Source: a virus (lineage: Duplodnaviria; Caudoviricetes). Taken from it: 52,044 nucleotides of DNA. The notes beneath the pieces were generated by a model that did not search any database, was not told the DNA's origin, and was given only the letters and a program-made list of their open reading frames with translations. The translations under genes and the position numbers were made by a program. The stretch covers positions 1-52,044 of the IMG/VR virus record IMGVR_UViG_3300025282_000046. One strand, written 5' to 3'. Positions 1-7,349 of the stretch are shown piece after piece; within the stretch, counting starts at the first letter, position 1; each line of letters starts with the position of its first letter.

Positions 1-1
1 A

Positions 2-130
2 GTAATTAGATGGGATTTACCCCCTGATTTTAATAAAACTAAACACCAAGAAATAACCCCCACTCATACTAAGGTCTTTACGCCTACAGATGAAGATCTA
101 GACGAGGTATTATTTGACAACGAAACATAG
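2..130 (+). CDS. 3' end of a truncated hypothetical protein (VIRWDLPP...FDNET*)
   Basis: Open frame from the window edge to TAG at 128-130, directly upstream of the RBS of the next gene. Confidence 0.6.
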   Translation, partial: VIRWDLPPDFNKTKHQEITPTHTKVFTPTDEDLDEVLFDNET

Positions 131-139
131 GAGAAACAC

Positions 140-1036
140 ATGACTCAAACACAGGATATAGCGGTAGGAAAAACAGGAGCCCAAAAGTTTAGTGGTTTAG
201 GTTTTTCAGGACAAAAGATGGTGCATCCACCGGGACAACTACTAGGATTACTAGTAGGAATGCCGGGGACAGGTAAATCATCTTTCTTACAATCAAACCC
301 CGATGCATTCATCATTAACACCGATGGAACATCTACAACAAACCCTAACCCACAAGCCTGTATATGGCCCGGAGTTACAGCATTTGGTGAACCAATGGAT
401 GTGGGTGGTGCTTCAATGGTTCTTACATGGGATGAGGTTCTCAAAAAGAAAGAACAACTAATTAAAATGGTAGGTTCTAATACACAGAGACCACAAACTA
501 TTGTACTTGATAGTCTTGGACCTTCAATTCAACTCATGAAAGACTATGTTACCAAGAAAGCAGGACGAGAGAACTGGAAAGATCTCGATGGTCGAAGAGC
601 ATGGGATGATGTCTATGATGGACTACTCCGATTTTCATTAGACCTCCGCAGACACGGCTATGGATTCTTCTATGTATGCCATCTCGTAAATGCAAAGATT
701 CCACTAGGTGATGACCGATATACTATCAGACCCGAACTCACAATAACCGATTCGTTCTATAAAAGACTGTTCCCGATGTTCGAACTCGTTGCAGCATTTG
801 AATCCGATTGGGTATCCGAATCAAAACAAATACAAATGAAAGGCATCGGAGGAAAACCCGGACCAAAGAAAACCGAAACCGTAAAAACACAAAAATATTA
901 TATGACAATTAACGATGAGGCCCTTGCGGGAATCACTAAATGTCGTGTACAATTACCCGACCGTATTGAACTTCCACAGGAGTCTGCGTGGACTTCATTC
1001 GAAGAACAATACTTAACCGCTCAAAAGAAGGATTAG
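140..1036 (+). CDS. Sak4-like / AAA_24 P-loop ATPase (phage ssDNA-annealing recombinase)
   Basis: Walker A GMPGTGKSS, Walker B-like TIVLDSL, YVCH motif; AGGAG RBS; followed by an SSB-like gene as is usual for sak4. Confidence 0.75.
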   Translation: MTQTQDIAVGKTGAQKFSGLGFSGQKMVHPPGQLLGLLVGMPGTGKSSFLQSNPDAFIINTDGTSTTNPNPQACIWPGVTAFGEPMDVGGASMVLTWDEVLKKKEQLIKMVGSNTQRPQTIVLDSLGPSIQLMKDYVTKKAGRENWKDLDGRRAWDDVYDGLLRFSLDLRRHGYGFFYVCHLVNAKIPLGDDRYTIRPELTITDSFYKRLFPMFELVAAFESDWVSESKQIQMKGIGGKPGPKKTETVKTQKYYMTINDEALAGITKCRVQLPDRIELPQESAWTSFEEQYLTAQKKD

Positions 1037-1041
1037 CATCT

Positions 1042-1566
1042 ATGAGTATCAGTAACGAAACGAAGGCAGTCTTCGCACAAATTCAAAACGATTTCGAAGC
1101 CGCAAGCGCAGATCAAGGAATGGGATCATTAGGAGAATGGCCACCTAAAGGTGAACATGCTTGTTACGTTCTCGGAGTCAACGTACAAAATGGAACCTTC
1201 CGACAAACAGACGACAAGCAAGAATTTCCAGCGGTAACCGTACAATTCCATTATCAACTCTGTGAAGACCCAGACCGCACAGAACCATTGATCTGGAATG
1301 GTGCACCAATGACAATTCCTAACGATGCTTCGGTACTAACACACGAAGGTTCTCAAATCCGTGCCAAAATCGAACTAGGTAGATTAAAAGGACACCTCAA
1401 AACCATACTTGGTTATGAGCCAACAGACCTAGGTTCAGCATTTGAAGAAGTAGAAACCAAACTAAATGGTGACTCTACTATTGCATGTATGATTCGATGT
1501 AACTATACTGAACGAGGCACAACCACTTACAAAAGTGAGTACCTCCAAACACTACTTGGTGGTTAA
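1042..1566 (+). CDS. Putative ssDNA-binding protein (DUF669-like OB fold)
   Basis: Start moved to ATG 1042 (MSISNET); 'WPPKGEHACYVLGV' resembles the P-x-G-x-Y-x-x-x-I start of phage SSBs; follows the Sak4-like ATPase. Confidence 0.55.
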   Translation: MSISNETKAVFAQIQNDFEAASADQGMGSLGEWPPKGEHACYVLGVNVQNGTFRQTDDKQEFPAVTVQFHYQLCEDPDRTEPLIWNGAPMTIPNDASVLTHEGSQIRAKIELGRLKGHLKTILGYEPTDLGSAFEEVETKLNGDSTIACMIRCNYTERGTTTYKSEYLQTLLGG

Positions 1567-1587
1567 TAAATAGAACCCCCACTCTTA

Positions 1588-2316
1588 GGGCTCCCCGATT
1601 CTTCCCGATGACGGGAGCCCCATTTAGTAGGTACCTTCTGTAAGGTCATGTGCCTTTAGGCTGGGCTGAACTAATATAGACATTGTGCAGCCTACTCCAT
1701 CACTCCTTTGTTGCTCTTAGTTCATTCAATAGGTGTGACTCGACTAGTTATCGTCACCTATTGCAGAGGGTATCTACTAATTGAGGGGCATTTAATAGAT
1801 ACCTTATACGGCACCTATTAAGACGGTAGGTTAGGCGTTGCTTCCTAACTGAGAATCTTATTAACCCACAAAGGGGTGCCACAATCTAAGGGGAGTAGTA
1901 ATTTGAGCTGGAACTAGTGAAGCCTAATAAAACAGCCAGCATAGGCACGTTGCTACTCCCCACCAATCCACGCTTTAATAGCGGATCAAGAGCCTAGCGA
2001 GGTTGAATCTCCAATGAGGGGAAGGCTCTCCGCACCAATCTAATACCTGTGTCCCGTACCTAGGGACTGCAAAATGAACGCTCTGATGAATGACACCCCG
2101 CTGGATACAAGGGTGATTGGTAATCCAGGTTTAATTACCGGGAGGGTCAATGCCTAATAACAATTCACTTCTTGTTCATCGCAGGTATAATATAATAGGG
2201 GTGGGCAGCTGGAGCATGCAGTTAAATAACTATAAACAGCTACCCCACCCCATAATTTATGTGTAACCACGGCTAGACGGGTTCACGGAGATAATCTTGG
2301 CATCTCCGGCACATAT
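1588..2316 (+). ncRNA. Array of tandem structured RNA modules (or one large ncRNA) of unknown class
   Basis: No ORF >=60 aa. Seven consecutive stem-closed modules: 1588-1620, 1624-1780, 1810-1884, 1890-1965, 1981-2037, 2043-2188, 2198-2251, plus 2258-2315. Closing-stem mismatches are G-U on the + strand. Confidence 0.7.
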
Positions 2317-2351
2317 AGCCCTCACTAGTAGAGATATTAGTGGGGGTTTTT
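2317..2351 (+). terminator. Intrinsic terminator closing the structured array
   Basis: 14-bp stem AGCCCTCACTAGTA / TATTAGTGGGGGTT with G-U pairs, GAGA (GNRA) tetraloop, T run. Confidence 0.7.
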
Positions 2352-2392
2352 GAGATAGTAGTATTAAACAATTCGTGTAGAATGGAGGAATC

Positions 2393-3808
2393 ATGTCAAG
2401 ATATAGAGCCACTAAAGCAATGATCGAATCTCTTAAAGGATTAGATACATCTATCGCGGCACAGAGAGCCCGTGTCCATGCCGCTATGACATTTGAACCT
2501 AAATTACTCTACACGGCAGGGACAAACTTAAAGGGAATACACGGTAAAGGAGGGGCTTTATTTGCGAGGGAATCTTTTGGATTACCCTTAGGTAAATTTG
2601 AGGGTATCCACGGTAGAACCATAGCGGTACCCACAAGAACAGGACCTCCCATAACTACTTTACCAGCAGAAGAAATTAGACAATGGCTCTTAAAATATAG
2701 AAATACTATGCAATCAAACCCTGACAAGATTGCGTTGTTACCTCCTATTGGAATGGGTAATGCAGGTATAAAATCCGATGTAATGTTAGGAATGATGGAC
2801 GATGCGGGGCTAATGCAAATGGGAAAACAAATAGTACCCACAGCCGAGATGGTAGGCAAAGGATTCCCGGAAACCGCAGCACGTTTACGTCTAATTGAAG
2901 GAATGAAAAAAGCACAAGGAGGCACTATGCCTAAAGTTACTACATCGTTTGTGGGGCCTATGAGCTTCCCTATCATGGGAGCAAGAACCGTCAAATCAAG
3001 AACTACCTTTAATGCCATTACAGCAGGTGAACGAACCATGACAACACGCAAACTTGGACAAGGATGGGAGGATCTTAAAGTAGGAGATGTATTTCCTATT
3101 ACAGGTAAGGAGGGTCAAACCCAACTAATAAAAATTACACACGAACCTGTAATACATACTGTTACAGGTAAAGAATCACAGGCGTTTCTAAATAGATGGT
3201 CTCAACTTGAAGGTCATGGACCAGAACAATTCAATAGGATTTTTAAACCAGGACAAAAAATAACAATGGTTAAATATAAATTTGGAGGTAAATCAGTAAT
3301 ACATTCTGGGGGTGCAGATGGAGCAGATACTGTGTTCCAAAATGCTGCGTTAAAAAAAGGACATGAGGTACAAGCCCACTCTTTTGCAGGACATGCAAGA
3401 GGAAACAGTGCAAGAGTAGAACATTCTCTTGCAGAATTAAAAGAAGCAGATGTCTACCTTCACAAGGCCAATCAAACTCTTAAAAGAAGATTCCCGGCTA
3501 GTAATGAATATGTAAATAATCTTCTAAGAAGAAACCTATATCAAGTTAAAGATTCAGATCAAGTGATTGCAGCAGCACCTATTAAATATGGTCAGGTACA
3601 AGGAGGTACTGCATGGGCTACTCAAATGGGAATTGATATGGGTAAACCAGTATTCGTCTTTGATTTAAAAACAAACCAATGGATGAAGTGGGTAGGTAAT
3701 GCTTATGTTCCATCCTCAGCACCTTCTTTATCCGCAAGTTTCGCAGGTATAGGCTCTCGTAAAATAACAAAGGTGGGGGAAAAAGCTATAGAAGATCTAT
3801 TCACTTAA
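2393..3808 (+). CDS. Multidomain protein: basic N-terminus + ASCH/PUA-like domain + SLOG (YspA/DprA-like) domain
   Basis: ASCH-like 'FNAITAGERTMTTRK...LKVGDVF'; SLOG motifs 'IHSGGADGAD', 'LLRRN..QV.DSD', 'GGTAWA...GKPVFVFD', 'FAGIGSR'; GGAGGA RBS. Confidence 0.7.
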   Translation: MSRYRATKAMIESLKGLDTSIAAQRARVHAAMTFEPKLLYTAGTNLKGIHGKGGALFARESFGLPLGKFEGIHGRTIAVPTRTGPPITTLPAEEIRQWLLKYRNTMQSNPDKIALLPPIGMGNAGIKSDVMLGMMDDAGLMQMGKQIVPTAEMVGKGFPETAARLRLIEGMKKAQGGTMPKVTTSFVGPMSFPIMGARTVKSRTTFNAITAGERTMTTRKLGQGWEDLKVGDVFPITGKEGQTQLIKITHEPVIHTVTGKESQAFLNRWSQLEGHGPEQFNRIFKPGQKITMVKYKFGGKSVIHSGGADGADTVFQNAALKKGHEVQAHSFAGHARGNSARVEHSLAELKEADVYLHKANQTLKRRFPASNEYVNNLLRRNLYQVKDSDQVIAAAPIKYGQVQGGTAWATQMGIDMGKPVFVFDLKTNQWMKWVGNAYVPSSAPSLSASFAGIGSRKITKVGEKAIEDLFT

Positions 3809-3824
3809 CATAAGGAGAACAACA

Positions 3825-4325
3825 ATGCATAGACCATGTGATAAATGTACGGAAATGTGTGATCTTAGTACAGGATTAACTAGGTTTGACGATTATGTTT
3901 ACTGTAGTAAGTGTTGTAAAGAATTAGAAATCTGTACAGAATGCAGCGATACATTAGGAGACGGTTCGTGTTCAGAGTGTCTAGAAATACAACGAACTAA
4001 AGGTAGGTACGAAAAACCCCAGGGGAAGGAAGAAAATAAAATGAAACATAAAATCGTAACTGTATGTGACGGTGAAACGTGGGGAGATCTACACCACGCC
4101 ACCGTTATTGTATTCCCAGCAGAACAACTACCCATGCTTGATTGGGCTGATAAACTCCCACGAGGTGAGTATGAAGGCGAAGAACTTTGGGACTATAAAG
4201 AGTATGACCTTGACGAGTATATCCATATGCAAGTCATGGAGAGTTTAATCCAGCACGGAATAAAGAACGAAGAAACAAGAAAGCATATTGAAATTCACGG
4301 GAGCCCCTTCGATGAGACAAAGTAA
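3825..4325 (+). CDS. Hypothetical protein with Cys-rich (Zn-finger-like) N-terminus; possible internal start at 4041
   Basis: Four CxxC pairs; AAGGAG RBS. Confidence 0.6.
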   Translation: MHRPCDKCTEMCDLSTGLTRFDDYVYCSKCCKELEICTECSDTLGDGSCSECLEIQRTKGRYEKPQGKEENKMKHKIVTVCDGETWGDLHHATVIVFPAEQLPMLDWADKLPRGEYEGEELWDYKEYDLDEYIHMQVMESLIQHGIKNEETRKHIEIHGSPFDETK

Positions 4326-4623
4326 ATTTCATAGGGACATAGATCCCCTTTATGATCTATGGAAGATATCTAAAAGAAACCCTAACTATTGGGTACTAAA
4401 ACATATAAATGAATCAGAACATGAAGTACTGCATTTGGTATACACTAAAACAGATGTCGAAGAAAATTCAGGAAGAAATTCACCCCGTAAATTCACCGAC
4501 AAAGAATGGGATAATATCGTGGGGGAATTTAATAGTGTGGAGTTTGATCATGTCTGGGAGATAATAGAAGACTGTGCATCAGAAGTAAAACGCAAAGGAG
4601 AATCAAATGACAAAGACACTTAA
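4312..4623 (+). CDS. Hypothetical protein
   Basis: ATG at 4312 overlaps the previous stop; GGAG upstream. Confidence 0.55.
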   Translation: MRQSKFHRDIDPLYDLWKISKRNPNYWVLKHINESEHEVLHLVYTKTDVEENSGRNSPRKFTDKEWDNIVGEFNSVEFDHVWEIIEDCASEVKRKGESNDKDT

Positions 4624-4780
4624 AAAGTGGGGGATTAGAGTTCGAGGTAAGTGGTGGGTACAATCAGCAGATCAAGATGCTACCTACTATATGAAACGTG
4701 AAGCCCAAAAAGATGCCGACGATTTCAACAACCTCCGATTAGATAAAGAAAAAGTCTACACGGTAGAAGAATATAAGTAG
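4607..4780 (+). CDS. Small hypothetical protein (57 aa, MTKTLKKWGIRV...), not in the ORF track
   Basis: AAGGAG RBS before ATG 4607; open to TAG 4780. Confidence 0.6.
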   Translation: MTKTLKKWGIRVRGKWWVQSADQDATYYMKREAQKDADDFNNLRLDKEKVYTVEEYK

Positions 4781-4803
4781 TTATTACTGTATACTTTAAG
4801 TAC

Positions 4804-4893
4804 ATGAACAACCCTGAGCGAGATAGAATGCCTATGAGAATTGCTCTCTTAGGAATCATTCTAGCCTTGTTCTTGGTAAGATTCTTCCAATGA
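4804..4893 (+). CDS. 29-aa membrane peptide (MNNPERDRMPMRIALLGIILALFLVRFFQ)
   Basis: TATACT 8 nt upstream of ATG; single hydrophobic helix; ATGA overlap with the next gene. Confidence 0.45.
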   Translation: MNNPERDRMPMRIALLGIILALFLVRFFQ

Positions 4894-5309
4894 AATACAC
4901 AGAGGTCCCTGTATTCCCCCTTATTACTAGTGGGAAGGTTGATTCTCCTACAGATCCAAAGGCGAGATGGAAACTAATCGTCTCTGTGCCGACCCGCACA
5001 TTAGCCACCCCCACTTCTCAACAGAGTCATGCGAGACTCTTTGGAGTGGGGGATTGGTTAGTGGTTGTATGGGCTAAAAAGGAAGGCATCTCTAGGAAGG
5101 CCGAGATTACCCTGTACGAGGCTTCTAAGGGAGACATACCTCCGAGGGTAGATGTCTTTGGAAACGTTCGTATACGAACCCTCAGTAAGCAAGATTGGGT
5201 CTCTCTAATAGAAGTTCAATTACCTGCCGGACAAACTAGAAATTGTAGATACTCTGGGGCTATTGTGGAGGGTGCAGCATCTATCCAAATATGGACAAAA
5301 GTGCAATAG
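4890..5309 (+). CDS. Hypothetical protein
   Basis: 139-aa ORF; last + strand gene before the convergent late operon. Confidence 0.55.
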   Translation: MKYTEVPVFPLITSGKVDSPTDPKARWKLIVSVPTRTLATPTSQQSHARLFGVGDWLVVVWAKKEGISRKAEITLYEASKGDIPPRVDVFGNVRIRTLSKQDWVSLIEVQLPAGQTRNCRYSGAIVEGAASIQIWTKVQ

Positions 5310-5359
5310 CCACAGGTGCTGGTCTACAAATCACAATATATCTAGGCCAAAACAACATT

Positions 5360-6580
5360 TTATTTTTGAGCTCCAAGTAGCGGAAGCATTAAGGATAAGA
5401 GGAGCAAGGGGAAAGTTAACTTCCTCACAGAACCCACTCTAAATTGTTTAGCTTCAGGAGATTTTTTTACTATTTCCCTATAAAAATCTGCATATCTATT
5501 TTTACCTCCCGGTCCACTGCTTAAATTAGTAAGTAAATCATCAAGATGTTCTGCTTGTTTTATACCATACCCCTTTAAATATTTAGGAGGTATAGCTTTT
5601 CCAGCTTGAATTTCACCGAGTATAGCTCTTTCAGGGATAAGAGTTCTAGCTATTTCAGGAGATGTTATATATCCTTTCTTAATTAATGTAGGAAGATCTG
5701 CTTCAACTAAAAAAGGAGCCTTTTTATAACCAGGTAATCTAGATGCATCAGGACGACCTATATTAAAAAAAGCACCTCTTGCAGAATTAGGTTCATCCTT
5801 CATAAACCTAGCCACCTGTATTAAATTCATATCTTGATGCCCAGGCCCTCCCATTTTTAATCCTTCCTTCATTACGCCTTTTAAATTACCAGTGTAATGA
5901 TACCCTTTAGTACCGGGTAACATACCAGCACGATCTACATTAGGATTCGAGATGGACTTAGCTACAGACATTATATATTTTTCTCGTTCATGCTCTCTTA
6001 AAGCCCAATCAGCAGCCAATCTCATCATTCCTAAATTACGCTTCTTACCCTTCCAAATAGGATCTATTATATTTCCTAATGCAGGATTTACCTTTCTTCC
6101 TTTCATCCGTAGAATATCTCTATTTCTAAGTTGTTCTAAATACTCCCTTCCTAATGTAGATTTGGCTGCTTCTCTAAATGTTTTACCTCTAAGAGAAGTA
6201 AACGGGCGGGAAGGATTTTTAATTTTAAATGCTTCAGCAACTTTATAATTAATACGCCCTACTCCAGGCATTCTTCTTTGATAGGGAAGTCCTGTTTTAG
6301 GATCTACTAATTGATTCCAAGTTCCCATTTGAGCAGGAATCTCTATGCCACCGCCCCTACCTCTTGCCCCAAGTGCAAAATCAGATCCTTTAAATAATCC
6401 AACATCCCTTTGAGTTGCAGGAGAAGGTAAAGGAAAACCTTTCTGTAATAATCTAGACCTGTTTGAAGAGGCTTCTCTTGCCATAGTAGACCATTGTTCA
6501 GGAAACCACCCACTAGAATATTTATAAAGATCTTCAAGGATCTTTTCTACTATTTTTTCATGAGGAGTTATTTTAGCCAT
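5360..6580 (-). CDS. Basic protein with ADP-ribosyltransferase-like domain and C-terminal hydrophobic tail
   Basis: 'GYHYTGNLKGVMKEGL...FLVEAD...GEIQ...IPPKYL' matches the YH(G)T..I..EGL...IPP.YI pattern of Tpt1/KptA/DarT-like ART folds; tail KLTFPLLLLSLMLPLLG. Confidence 0.55.
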   Translation of the reverse strand: MAKITPHEKIVEKILEDLYKYSSGWFPEQWSTMAREASSNRSRLLQKGFPLPSPATQRDVGLFKGSDFALGARGRGGGIEIPAQMGTWNQLVDPKTGLPYQRRMPGVGRINYKVAEAFKIKNPSRPFTSLRGKTFREAAKSTLGREYLEQLRNRDILRMKGRKVNPALGNIIDPIWKGKKRNLGMMRLAADWALREHEREKYIMSVAKSISNPNVDRAGMLPGTKGYHYTGNLKGVMKEGLKMGGPGHQDMNLIQVARFMKDEPNSARGAFFNIGRPDASRLPGYKKAPFLVEADLPTLIKKGYITSPEIARTLIPERAILGEIQAGKAIPPKYLKGYGIKQAEHLDDLLTNLSSGPGGKNRYADFYREIVKKSPEAKQFRVGSVRKLTFPLLLLSLMLPLLGAQK

Positions 6581-7349
6581 CGAACAATTCTACGTGAGCA
6601 TCCCAATCTGAAGTAGAGGGTCTACGAGGTTCCGACAAGGAAGCCTCACCTCTAACAATAGCAGCACCCCACCCCGAAGAATCCTTACGATTCATATAGT
6701 CAGGATTGAGGGGTCCCATCGTACCCGCATTAGCGTAGTACCACGGCAGCTTTATTTTAAGGGTTCTCTTGCATTGTTCAACCCCCACTGTAGGTCTATG
6801 GGTATGACCCCTTATAAATAATCTATGGGCGTGACCGCCCGCCATCTGTGCCATTTGTATGGTTTCTAATTCATCGCTATTAATTCCCGAATCAAAGCCA
6901 TGATAAAAATGAACCTGCCCTAATTTATACATACCCTTTTTAGATTTTGTATAGGGTATCTGCTTCCACTTCGTAAAAAGTTCACCAAATTCATAATGCT
7001 TATTCCACGACAACAAGGAACGCAAACCCCGAGGAGAACGCCTCGGATCTTTGGCTAAAATATTATCGTCATGATTCCCATGAATCCAAATTAACTCAAC
7101 TTCCGGGGGCAATACAGCCATAATATCTGAGAGGTACCGATGACCCCGCTCGTACTCGTCCTCGAGAGCATGCTCGAACTCGTGAGGGTGAACCGAGACC
7201 GAACTCGCATCGAAGAGGTCACCAAGCATTATAAAATGAGTGGGGGAAGAGTCCGAGAGAGATGCAAGCATCCACTCCTTAGCCTCAAGATTTTCAAATG
7301 GTGTGTGTATACATGATATCGCTGCGAAAGTTGCTTTTATTGGTTCCAT
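6573..7349 (-). CDS. Calcineurin-like metallophosphoesterase
   Basis: Motifs SCIH (D replaced by C), LGDLFD, GNHD, FYHG, GHTH. Confidence 0.85.
   Translation of the reverse strand: MEPIKATFAAISCIHTPFENLEAKEWMLASLSDSSPTHFIMLGDLFDASSVSVHPHEFEHALEDEYERGHRYLSDIMAVLPPEVELIWIHGNHDDNILAKDPRRSPRGLRSLLSWNKHYEFGELFTKWKQIPYTKSKKGMYKLGQVHFYHGFDSGINSDELETIQMAQMAGGHAHRLFIRGHTHRPTVGVEQCKRTLKIKLPWYYANAGTMGPLNPDYMNRKDSSGWGAAIVRGEASLSEPRRPSTSDWDAHVELFDG

Noticed and set aside
1810-2037. Canonical tRNA or tmRNA genes
   Set aside because: Acceptor-like stems and ACCA are present, but there is no D arm, anticodon arm or GTTCRA T-loop and no tag reading frame; kept only as tRNA-like ends
2083-2190. Hammerhead ribozyme suggested by CTGATGA at 2083
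   Set aside because: No GAAA core after a stem II and no matching stems I and III
4804-4893. Lysis cassette (holin/endolysin)
   Set aside because: Only a 29-aa hydrophobic peptide; no endolysin or spanin recognised anywhere in the window
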